Positions 38,351 through 50,804 of a stretch of DNA of 64,000 nt are shown here, piece after piece; positions within the stretch are counted from its first letter, which is position 1; each line of letters starts with the position of its first letter. Source of the stretch: Eledone cirrhosa (Eukaryota); the NCBI GenBank assembly GCA_964016885.1, contig OZ024741.1, positions 236,282,001 through 236,346,000 on the forward strand. The letters run 5' to 3'. Under the pieces are notes generated by a model that was not told the DNA's origin, did no database searches, and worked only from the letters and a program-made list of their open reading frames with translations. The translations under genes and the position numbers were made by a program.

Positions 38351-41300
38351 GATAGGCTGTATAGGAAGCAATATCTTGCAGGCAAGTGTCTTTCCTGATG
38401 CCAACTCTTACGACACATAAGGATATAGTGTACTTAATCTAAAAACTGAGATATACATTATATATATTTTACATTGCAATTAGTGAACTTTGGTTACAGG
38501 TTTCTGGTTCACTGACATTTCTGATTATGAGAGTGACAAAGGAGTGCCTGTAAAACTCTCTACAAATGCTTCAAGGGGCTTTGTTCAAAAATATGTTTCC
38601 ATTCTCTGCTGATGTATATCAGAGATAGATACACATGCATATGCTTACACACCCAAAGACAGCAAAGGTAGTCCCCGCTCTCCTAGCTAGGTGGTAAGTC
38701 AAAATAAGAACATCAAGGAGATGTGAGTTCAATTAAGAACTGATATAGGGTAAAGTTGATTGTTTAATGTCCTACTCTTCCATTTCATCAATGGAACATA
38801 TGGACTTCTCAAGCCACATCACAGACAACATGTCTGGTGAGACAGTAATTTGAAATAAAAACAGGTACATTGTAGAGCCAACTCTTTCAGCTCTCCTTGT
38901 ATGGGACCTTTCTAGTGCTGGTGGCTCAATAAAATATACCCAATACACTCTATAAAGTGGTTGACATTAGGAAGGGCATCCAAAATAGAAAGTGTGCCAA
39001 AATGGAATGTACAAACATGACATAGGTTCTGTAAACCTCTCTGGGAAGGTAATAATTCTGTAAGAGCTGATACAGAGTAGAAAGAACATTTTAGCCATCC
39101 TGTATGGGACATGACAACAATATACACCCAGTTCAATATACACAACAAAGTGACCAATTTTCTTTGTTGTTGTCAGGGTCAAATATGACGCAGATAGTGA
39201 CAAGTCAGCCAACTCATGCCTGTATTGAAAAACATGTAAAATGATGATGATTATGATATATGACAAGCTTCAACACAGCTTCCTTCTACCAAATTCCACA
39301 CATGTCATATTAATAAGCATCACAGAATCACATCTATGCTCATACTTGATTTAACTTGGCACCAGATGGATTTGAACTAAGAACATAAAGTACTGCAACT
39401 AAATATCACAAGACATTTTTACTCAGCACTGATTCTGCCATCAATGGAGGGCCTAATAAAACATCCAACATTGATCCCTTTTCTCTAGTTCAAATCCTGA
39501 AATAAAATGGTAGGGGAAATATAGGGCACATATTTCCTAGAAAGGTCTTATTTGATTTAACCCTTTTGATACCATACTGCAGTCCCTGGATCTATGATAC
39601 AAAGCTGTTTGTTTTTAAATGTTTATATTTATCTAAAAAAAAACCTCCTATTTTAATTTTATGAAAAACCTTTAAGTTATCTTCCAAACACCTACTTAAT
39701 ATTGAGAAAGTTAGTTATATTGTTAAATCCCCCAAAATTCTCGATTATTTTCAAAATTATTTGAGAACAGTAAAGAGTGTCTTTCATTAGAAATTTGGCA
39801 AGGAAAGAATTAAATTATCTCCGTTATATGACGTATTTATTTAATCAATTCAAACATGAATGAAAGGCAAAGTGAAACTCAACATGTAAAGGGATGTAAC
39901 TAAATGCAAAATCTCATTTGTTTCAGTGTTCTACCTAATTCTCTACCATCCATCTTTACTTTTGGTTGTGAGGTGGGCTGGTGTCTTGATAAACAAATGC
40001 AATAAGCTTACTGTTTGTTTCATGTATGTCTCTGTTTTTTATTATAGGGCAGTTCCCTGCAGTCTTCCCCTGCCATCACCCCCACCCCTACTTTCATCTC
40101 TCAATGGTCCAATTGCTCTCCCAACTATCGTGTGCTGTGGCTTAACAATTCAATCTACAAGGTATGTACTCAAAGAAAAACATCAAATTTACTAACTTCT
40201 TTTTTTTATGACTTAGTGAGATATCTACTGTGTGGAGAGCTACTCCAAATGCTTGCAACAAAGTGTAATCTGCTAACGTCACCCAAGGGCCACATAATGG
40301 TGTTAAAATCCGATGCTGGATTAGGTCTACCACTTGAGAGCAGGAACACGGTCTTTCTCAGTTTCCATCTACTAAATTTCACTCATGAGGTTATGGTAGA
40401 AGAAACTTGCTCAAGGTGTAGCTTAGCAAACTTCTGAACCACTCTGCTACTTGTTTTTATTATTATTATTATTATTATTTAAAACCATAAGGTGTGATTT
40501 GAGTGAAATTAGCTGCTATTTCTACAAGTCAAGCAACTGCATTGGGGCATCCCTCATTGTCTCAGTAGGTTTTAGTCAAACATGTCATAATATTGAATAT
40601 AGAAATAATATATTATTGATCAAAGGGATTATGATGGCAAACTGTTACTGACATCAGTGTTAAATAGAATAATATTTTGGTATTTATACCGGTTCTCTGT
40701 GTTCTGATTTCAAATCTTGCTGAGGACAACATTATCTTCCAGAGTTGATAAATAAAGTACCAGTCAACGTACTAGAGTTGATTCTACTCTTTCTCTTTTT
40801 CGGTCTCATCTGAGCTCCAAAATAATTTTTATTGATGAATCACACAACTTTCATAGATTTTTGTGCAAATACTCAGAACTTGTAAACCTATAGTCAATCT
40901 TTTCAGTCAATTTTAATTATTTTCTGACCCAACATTTTTGTCTTGCCTCAAAAAATGGCAGAAACAATTCTAGAGTGCTCTCTTGTTTCTCCCCTCCTCC
41001 CCCTTCTCTCTCTCTCTCAGCTATGTTGTGCCTTAAGAAGGGTTGTGGGAGGCTACTCCCCAGAGCATCATTTTCTCCAGAAATGAGCAAGTGGGGAGTT
41101 AGCAACCTCTTATAGAAAAGCTGACATCAGTTCTGATGATGAGTGTTCCAGTGGCTTCAATCAATGGAGCAGCCTGCTTATGAAATTAACATACAAGTGG
41201 TTGAGCATTCCACAAACATGGACCCCTTAATGTAGTTCTCAGGGTGATTTAGTGTGACAAGACAGGTCCTTTGAATTAGAGGTACAACTCATTTTTGCCA

Positions 41301-42140
41301 TCTGAGCAGACTAGAACATAAAATAAAGTGTCTTGCTCAAGCACACTATGCGTAATTGAGAATCAAACAGACTACCTTACAATTGTGAATCAAACACCCT
41401 GACCACAATGTGTTGGTGGTATAAGTGACTTGACTATGTCTTCAGCAGTGGAGCTAGTGGTTTGATTTACCTGGTACTTATCACTTCCTTAACAGAACTT
41501 CCCTGTCTTCTTAATAATTACAATTGCAATCCCATTCAAACCATCTTTTTAATTTTTTTTTTTTTTTACTTTATATATTTTTTTACTTTATATATTTTTA
41601 ATTTATATATTTTCCCAGGAATTATTTCCTGAAACTGTATTTTTAATTCTCGTCTTTCTTCTTTAATTATTGCTGTGTGTATCCAGATTAGAATAGGTGC
41701 ATCATATCTCTGCATGTTATTAGGGGTGACTAAAAAGGTTGGAACTGGGAAGAGAATCCAGCTGTAAACATTGCCTTAAAACAGATCCCTTGATAAATAT
41801 GAAAACTGTCAACGGGCCCACATGACTAACCCTTACTTTAGCAGGATAAATGCCTTAAAACTGTTGTTGTATTTGTGTTCATTAATGAATGAGTGAATGG
41901 ATGAATATATTATCTTTTATTAATTTCCCATGGTGAATATCTTCTTTGGTTTAGAAATTTTACTGAAATTCTTTTTTTTTTAATCTTGAGACTGTATTTA
42001 TTTAATTCATTCATATATTTATTTATGTATTTATTTGCCTATTTTTCCTTGTTACGAATATCTTTTACCTGTTTTAGAATCTTTACTGAAACTGTTATTT
42101 CTACGTCTTCTTTCCAGCAGTGTATAGCAGTAGTTCTGCA

Positions 42141-45100
42141 ATGGAGAGGTACAGTGGTGAGAAATCCAGTCATTCTGATATGTCTGGGAAACAGTTTTCA
42201 CATCGACACATGCAGCAGGCTAGAATGTCTCATATGAACAAAAAGCACGGCAACAGTGAAATAGCAGCTGTGAAGCAGTTTGTTCCACACAGACATGCTT
42301 ACCAAACAGCATTATTTCCTGTTACCATGCCTATGCCGCACATGACCCTCATTCCAGCCCACACGGAAGCTCTGTCGGGTAAACACTTCTCCCACCTCCA
42401 ACAGCATCATCATCTTCATCAACAGCAGCAGCAGCAGGTGTCCATGGCATCAATTGTTGACAAATCCCCAACCCACAGTGATATCATTAGTAAACATTTC
42501 CCCACCTCACACAGCCACAATAGCTTGCAACAACAACAGCAGCCTCCTCTTCCTCCTCCACCTCCTTCATTAACACCAACCCAAGTGAGGATGTCACACA
42601 TTGCTGAAAAATCCCTGCATCACTCTGAAATATCTGGCAAACAATATTCTCATAGCCTGCAACTACAACAACAGCAGCAACAACAACAGCATTCTTTGTC
42701 ACATTTACCTGAAAAGAGTAGCCATTCCCAATTATCTGGCAAGCAATATTCACACTCTCATAGCATGCATCAACAACAACAACAGCAACAACAGCGGATG
42801 TCTCGTATAGCAGATAAGTCAAGCCACAGTGAGATGTCTGGTAAGCAATATTTACACTCCCAGAGCATGCATTCTCAAAGAATGTCTGACATCCTTGAGA
42901 AGTTGAACCCTGGCAGTGAGATTGCCAGTAAACAGTACGTCCATTCACCAGACATACCAACTCATCGGATGCCTCACGTCAGTGAAAAATCCAGCTCAGG
43001 ACACCGTGATGACCTGACCAACAAGTACTCCCAGTCACACACTGGCATCCAGTCGGATAGAATGTCACTGTTGTCCTCCTCGGACAAAACTGGACAAAGT
43101 GGAGGCAGCAATAGCAGCCCTACTGGCAAATCTCATTATAACCCTACACACATGCACACTTCAATGGTGTCCCCACCTCATCAGCAAATGTCACATCTCC
43201 CAGAGACTATGTTTCCCAACAACATCTACAGTAGCCAGTATTCACAACCCTGTTACCTGCCTGTCTCCACTCCTCCTACTGTGACTACTCCCACTTCAGC
43301 TTCTACACCTGATCGAATACTATCACCAAACACCACACCTATTATAAGCTCTAGTATAGCTTCCAAACAGCAGCCGCAACAAGTTTCTGTTGATAAAACC
43401 TATAGCAGTAGTAGTCATGAAAAGTCTCTCTCATACCAGAATGACATTAGTCAGAAGCAGTACAGTATCGGTAAGTCGTTACCCACATCAACTAATCAAC
43501 AACAACAACAACAGCAACAGCAACAGCAGCAACAACAACAACAACAGCAACAGCAGCAGCAGCAGCAGCAGCAACAACAACAGTATCAAGAGCGAAAGGA
43601 GAAAACGAAGGAGAAGCAGCTGTTTTGTGATTACTGTGGTAAGAAATTTCCTCAGGAAGATATGATGCAAGAGCACCGCCTCACTCATATGGGAGGAAAA
43701 GCTTTCCACTGTGACATTTGTTTTAAGCAATTTTCGCGCAGAGATACAATGCAAAGACACCGTAAGAGTCACATGGAGTCTAGCCACAGCATAGATTCTA
43801 CTGGATCCACCGAAAATGTCTCACTGAATAACTCTGACCACAGGTCGACAATGATGCCTCAGAGCATGACAACAATGCCTAGCTCAGTCTCTCCCAATCA
43901 GTCCACTCTGGCGGGTCCCGTCCCATATGATACCTCTCCATCAGTCCCTCCTATCACTACTATGAACTACATACCAACTATACCGAAAACACCAAAACCA
44001 AGAGCTCCAAGGATTTCAAAACCCGATGACAAGACGTACCAATGTGATATTTGTTTCAAACAGTTTGCTCAGCGTTACTACTTACAGATTCATCGGAGGA
44101 CACACACCGGTGAGAAACCATATCAGTGTGACTTTTGTATTCAGAAGTTTTCTCGCAGGGACACTTTACAGATTCACCGAAGAACTCACACCGGAGAGAA
44201 ACCCTACCAGTGTGAGATATGTCTTCGACTGTTTGCTCAAAGTGATAAGCTACGAGCCCACAAGAAGTCACACGTTTTGAAAAAAAAATACCAGTGTGAA
44301 TTTTGCCTGAAGCAGTTTGCTCAGAGGTATTACCTGCAGATCCATCGGAGAATTCACACAGGAGAGAAGCTACTACAGTGTGATGTCTGCTTTAAACCTT
44401 TTGCTCAGAAACATTACCTAGAAATCCACAAGCGAACTCACACAGGGGAAAAACCATTTCAATGTGATTTCTGTATTCAAAAATTTGCACGGAAGACCAC
44501 ACTACAGATCCATCGAAGAACACATACAGGAGAACGTCCATACCAATGTGATGTTTGTTCAAAAGATTTTGCTCAAAAATACAAACTTCAGATACACATG
44601 CGGACACACAGCCCTAAAAAGCGACACCAATGTGAAATCTGTCTCAAACAGTTTGCTCAGAGTCACTATTTGCACATTCACCGAAGAACACATACTGGAG
44701 AGAAACCATTTGAATGTGAAATTTGCAGTAAACGATTCTCACAGCGCAACTCACTGCAAGTGCATAGGCGGACGCACACAGGGGAGAAACCATATCAGTG
44801 CGACACTTGTTTCAAGCAGTTTGCTCAGAGACAGTATTTACAAATACATAAAAGAACACACACGGGCGAGAAACCATTTCAATGTGATTTTTGTATTCAA
44901 AAGTTTGCACGCAAAACCACACTGCAAATACACCGCAGGACTCACACAGGGGAAAAACCTTACCACTGTGACATTTGTCTCAAGAAATTTGCTCAGCGGT
45001 ACAAGCTTCAAATCCACAAACGCACACACATGCCTAAAAAACGTTACCACTGTGACGTATGTCTGAAGCCCTTTGCTCAGAATCACTACCTTCAAGTACA

Positions 45101-45485
45101 TCGTAGGACGCACACAGGCGAGAAACCATTTCAGTGTGATGTCTGTTTAAAGCAGTTTGCTCAAAGGAACTCTCTGCGACTGCATCATCGAACTCATACC
45201 GGGGAAAAGCCGTTTGAATGCGACATTTGTTTCAAGCAGTTTGCACAACGACATTACTTACAGTTGCATCGAAGGACTCACACCGGAGAGAAACCTTACA
45301 CTTGTGAGTTGTGTACGAAACAATTTGCTCGAAGGGATACACTGAAACGGCACAAGAAACTGCACAATTCTCAACATAGTGCAAACAAAAAGATGCACTT
45401 TGGTGAGCAAAAGTCAGCCACAAATTCTGGGAGTAAAACAATTGAAGAATTTCCACCTATGAGTGAATATTTGTGGCAGTTGTAG
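42141..45485 (+). CDS. C2H2 zinc-finger protein (~1114 aa; 2 + 16 fingers; Q/S/H-rich N-terminus; Q29 tract)
   Basis: Uninterrupted 3.3-kb ORF; CxxC-x12-HxxxH repeats with TGEKP linkers (44037-45365); polypyrimidine tract and ttccagcag acceptor at ~42100-42120 just before the ATG at 42141. Confidence 0.95.
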   Translation: [1114 protein letters not shown]

Positions 45486-47559
45486 CCTCCATAGTATGTA
45501 ATGTAGCCACATGTCCAGTATTTAATGGTAAACTTATTATGTATATAAATATATACATATGTGTGTATGTATGTGTGTAAATGTGGTTCATATTAGGAAG
45601 GGCATCCAGCTGTAAAAATCCCGGCCAAATTTACAGTTCCATCTGTGAAGATCCGGCACAGCCAATCTGGCCAGACTTGTCTCATGATGTGGACCACCCG
45701 TCTAACCCATGCAAGCATGGAAAATGGACGTTAAACGGTGATGAGGCTGATGATGATATATATATATATATATAAACAATGCCAAATTTGGAACGTAACA
45801 AGCAAGATTAGTCGCTCTAACCTGTCTGGTGTCGGACTCTGACAACCCATCCAACACATGCATAAAAATGAGGATGATCATCATTTTTAAATCTGCCATT
45901 CCCTGCTTGCATGGATTGGACATATATATATATATGTTGATCTGAAGTTGAATTGAGGGTAACCACAGTAAATAAGGTACTCAATTCATAAGTAGAGTGA
46001 GAAAATCTTTATTTATATATATAGGAATGAGTAAGACCCCGACGGCTGAGCTCAAGCCGTTTCGGCGGCTAATTCTGGACTTTATATATATATATATATA
46101 TATATGTCTGTGTGTGTGTACATATGTACAGATGTGAATGTGTGTGTGCATGTATGTGCATATGTATATATATACATTTGAGGTTACAAACAAGAGAAAA
46201 ATGTAGGTAATACATAAGTAATGTAAATATATTTCTTGTAGTACTGATGTGTGTATTATGTGTATGTGTGTATATGTATTATGTGTATATATGTATGTAG
46301 ATATATATGTCTGTATATATATGTATGTATGTACATATATATGTGTGTGTGTGTGTACTGTTTCTAAAATGAAATTTCACATCATTTTACACATAATGAA
46401 AACTCTTTTGAAAGATTTTTTTCAAGTTATCCCTATGGCAGGATTAATGTTACCACTTTTTTTTTTACAGTAGAACTGTGTAGTTATACTTACTAACTTG
46501 ATATAAACAACTAATAATACTTCAGATTTAGCCACATGTTATCATAGCAGCTAAATCTCTCTTACACACATTACTATAAATACTCTCTTGTTTATCTAGA
46601 CTTCTATGACACAAGAGAGAAAAATATCAAATAAATGAAATGAAAGTTAAATTTTGAGTTCAAAGCAAAGTGTGCCTCATCTAGACAAGATAATGTATCA
46701 CCATCATCTTGATCATAATTATCATTTGAGATTTAATGTCTATTTTTTATTATTATTGTGTTTTGTGTTTCTTTTTTTCTCTCCAAAGTGAATTGGATAG
46801 GTTTATCTGTTGTATGCTATATCAAAAATTGTCTTGAATCTAGATCAACTCATCTGCAATCTAGTATGTTATATCAACACTCCACTTGACCCTAGATCAG
46901 CTCATGTAGCATCTCTATTATGTTATATCAACACTACTTGATCCTGGATTAACTCATCTGTTGAGAGCCATCATCAAGCTCAGATCTAGTTTCAATTTTT
47001 GTTTGTTTATTCTTTTTTATTTTGTATCTCAATCTGTGAACAAAAAGCATTGTTGTTGGTTACAGTTCTCCAATGGGCCGATCACCAGATCAGTGCTTTT
47101 CTGATGGCAAGAATGACATGGGAATGTCTATAACTTAATGCGGAACAAATATCATGAGCGACTTTGTAAAACACCATTTTCTTTTTTCAGTTTTCTTGCA
47201 TATATATTCAACACTGATATAAATTGGCGAAAGATATACACTATTACATCATCATCATTTTACATCTGTTTTCCATACTTGCATTGATTGGACAATTTTT
47301 TCTAGCACAGCATCTCAACATAGGTTGCAGTTCTTTATAATCTCTTTCATGAGATTCAGTATCTTCCCATGTTGTCTTCATTTTTTCTCTTCTCTAGATT
47401 TCCTCCACATGGACAGTCTGGCTCTTTATCTAATTGTTATCATCTTCTTTTAACATTCGTTTTCACTGCTAGCAAACAGTATTCAAACAGAGCCTCTGAC
47501 CTCCAGGCTGATCGAGGACTCAACTTGATCCCACACTCTACAGAGTGCATTTTATCATG

Positions 47560-47860
47560 GTATCAGCACTGGGGAAGTTGACTTGTCCTTGGCATAGCTG
47601 AAGAGTCTTCCCAAATCTGTTTGGCAAGTTTTCTATGGCTAAATGCCTTTGTTATCACCAACTACTTTATAGAAGTGTACTGGGTGATTGTTTATCATAT
47701 AGATCACCAACACTAGGGAGGTTGTCATGTCTATAACGCAGCTGAAGAGTCTTCCCAACCCTTTGTTTGGCAGGTTTCTATGGCTAAATGCCCTTCCTAT
47801 CACCAACTACTTTACAAAGTGGACTGAGTACATTTATTATGTAGATCACCAACACTTAAA
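47560..47860. repeat. Tandem duplication of ~165 bp
   Basis: cact.ggga.gttg...agctgaagagtcttcccaa...tttctatggctaaatgcc...atcaccaactacttt...tagatcaccaacact occurs twice. Confidence 0.7.
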
Positions 47861-48038
47861 AAAAACATCTTATAATTTATTAACACTACAGGTCTGATAT
47901 ATGAGGATGGTTCAAGTGGAGGGTGTCTACAAAAGAGGAAGATATGAAGCAGGCTCATAAATCACTGTAACACATCCTCTTACATGTGCATTTTTGGGTG
48001 TTTAGATAATAAAGCAGAAATATATATATATATATATA

Positions 48039-48790
48039 TGAGGTATGTTCAATAAATAATGAGAAAATTTCAGGAGAGGCATTAAATATCATTCAATTAG
48101 AATGTTACTTCATGGTGAAGTAGACTTATATATAATGTATAAAGTGACTAAATGGCAACTTCCTATCTGCCTAGGTTGGAGCACAGCAGTGTACATATTG
48201 GAACCAGTGTAATCGGGTTCGAGGATCTGTCAATACTTGGCAACGTGCAGAGAAACATCAAGCAATGTTATGCCATCAAATTTTGTGTTAAACTTAAGAA
48301 AATCAAACAAGAAGCCCATGGAATATTAGAGGGAGGCCTGATTTTGGTTTCCTGAATAAAGTAGTGTTTTGCGACAAAAGTTGGACATTTATCTGAGAGC
48401 CCAGTGGAAGCACGTATCCTCCAAGCCCTAGAAAACAAAGATGAGAAGGCCATGGTCATTCCTTTCTCCAATTCCTAGGGGCTAATTCACATTGAATTGA
48501 TTCCTGAGGGCCAAACCGTTAGTAAAGAATACCTTGAAGTTCTGAAAAGGTTCAGGGAGAGGATGAGATGAGGAAGAAGAAGCTACCGCAGTGGAGTGCT
48601 GGTGACCAACGGGAACGAAAGTGGTGCAACACCCACCCTACAGCTCTGACTTGGCTCTTTGGGACTTCTTCCTGTTCCCATACATGAAAGACAGCTTCAG
48701 GGGAATCAGATTCAAGTCTATATGAGCTGAAAGAGGCATTGGCAAATTTCTAGATGGGACTGCAGAAGGACAGGAAGGAAGTCTTCTAGG
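48039..48790 (+). mobile_element. Decayed mariner transposon (internally deleted)
   Basis: TA followed by a tgaggtatgttcaataa TIR-like start; QCYAIKFCVKL, LIHIELIPEGQTV and HPPYSSDLA..DFFLFP (YSPDL-type motif) remnants. Confidence 0.8.
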
Positions 48791-50029
48791 AGTAGGGAAG
48801 ATATAAGACAATGTGGTGAAAACTGATCACATGAGCTGAACCTCACAACAGAAATGACAAAGGACCACAACGATTGATGGCTAGCAGTGCTGGAAAAGAC
48901 TGGTCCACTACAGTAAACGGAACTTTTTTACATGTCTGTTAGGTCTCCTTATCTGCTGTACACATCCTCCCATCTAATATATCTCACCTTCTCATCTACA
49001 TCACTCCTTTTCACAAACTTTGGGATCTGTCAGATTTGCACTGCCCTCCAATAAGCACATAATAGGAAAATGCTCTTAATCCTGCATATAGTCAATTCTC
49101 CTCAAATCCTGTGATCTACCCTGCCACTCATCCAAACCACTACTCTACACTTACATTTGCTCCTGGTTTTCTCTTGGTAACAAATATGAAGCTACCATTT
49201 CTCCCTGCACAGGGCCTCTTCTGTCATAACTCCCACCCCACCTTTTTCTTTTACCTCTACCCTGCTGAGGTTACAGTTACCTGTGACAACCCATGCAAGC
49301 ATGGAAAAGAGACATTAAAAATGATGATACAATATTTTAATAGATATGATCTGGAAAATATCTGACACAGATGAACAGCTGGACACAGCAGTGATTATTA
49401 GCAGGTAAGACCAAGTAAATATATAGGATTTGAATGGTAACCACATAGGATAGTGAGGATTCTTCAATCATATCACAGACATGACAATCTCTGTTGGTGC
49501 CATGATAAAATGTACCCTCTACACTCTAAAGTGGTAGTGCTGGTGTCATGATAAAATGTACTCTGTACACTCAGTAAAATAATTTGCATTAAGAAGAGCA
49601 CGCAGCCCTAGAAACTATGTCATATTGAGGGAAATGTGGTTCTAGGCAGGTGGTAGCTCTGATTAACCACTGACTTGATCTCTAATAATCTGTCTAATAC
49701 ATGTCAGCATAAAAAATGCAATGGTTGATGATAAATAAAACAAATGGCGGTAGGAGTAATTTTTAATAGATGAAAACAGCTAAACTTGGAATAACAATGG
49801 TGTGAATCATAAGTTTCCAGTAAATAAACACCATTTTATTCATCATTTTTTCTCTGCAAAAATATGAAGGATTAAAATAATTGAATGATAGTGAGACTGG
49901 AACTCAGAATGTTAAAGGATATCTCTGAATCCTACAAAATACATAGTATGGCATTACTATCTCAGTCATACCTATCTTCCTACTACGACTGCTAATAATA
50001 ACAATAATGATTTTGAAAATAGACCTAGC

Positions 50030-50300
50030 CCACCCCATGAGGTGGTAGTGCTGGTGTCATGATACAAAACTGCCCACTGTGGGGTGGTAGTGCAGCTGCC
50101 ACAACAAAAGCACCTAGTCCATAGTGTAAGACCATAGTGCTGTTGTCACGACAAAAAGCACACAGCCCACTATGGCATGGTAATACTGGTGCCACAACAA
50201 AATGCACCCGGTAAGGTGATAATACTGGTGCCATGACAAAAACCACCCAGTCCATCCTCTAAGGTAATGCTGGTGCCATGAAAAATGTTACCAGTACATG
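50030..50300. repeat. Degenerate ~40-bp tandem repeat of the SINE-C head region
   Basis: Repeated gtagtgctggtgccac/tgacaaaagcaccc units leading into a SINE-C body at ~50290. Confidence 0.6.
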
Positions 50301-50804
50301 CTATAAAGTGATTGGCAATAGGAAGAGCATCCAGCTGTAAAAAAAAACAACGTATGTACAAGACGTGGTCACCTGACCTGTCTAGCCTCACAACATGGCA
50401 GCCTATCCTACCCATGCAAGCATAGAACAAACATTAAACTGTGATGATGATGTCTCTAAATCACAATTGACAGGTAAGTTGGTTTTGATGATGAACATGT
50501 AGCAGTTTGATAAACTGAACATACTGATTGAATTATAATACAAATAGCTGAGTGTTCCACAGGCATATGTACCCTTAACATTATCCTCAGTCAGAATCAA
50601 TGTGACAAGGCTGCACCCTTGAATTAGAGCTACAATTCATTTGACAGGCTTCTGCACAGTTTCTATCTACCCAGTTTCATTTGCATGTTTTGAGTCAACC
50701 TGAGGCTATGATAAGGCAGTTTACGAAGATGCTTTACAGGGAAATCAAATCTGGGATCACATCATTGCAAAGTGAACCTTTTAACTCCATGAACATGTGG
50801 CCAC

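Noticed and set aside
42120-42140. GTG start given by the ORF track
   Set aside because: It overlaps a splice acceptor; the first ATG at 42141 is the more plausible start unless an upstream coding exon exists.
42419-45456. Alternative-frame and antisense ORFs inside the ZF gene
   Set aside because: Shadow ORFs of a repetitive coding sequence with no recognisable domains.
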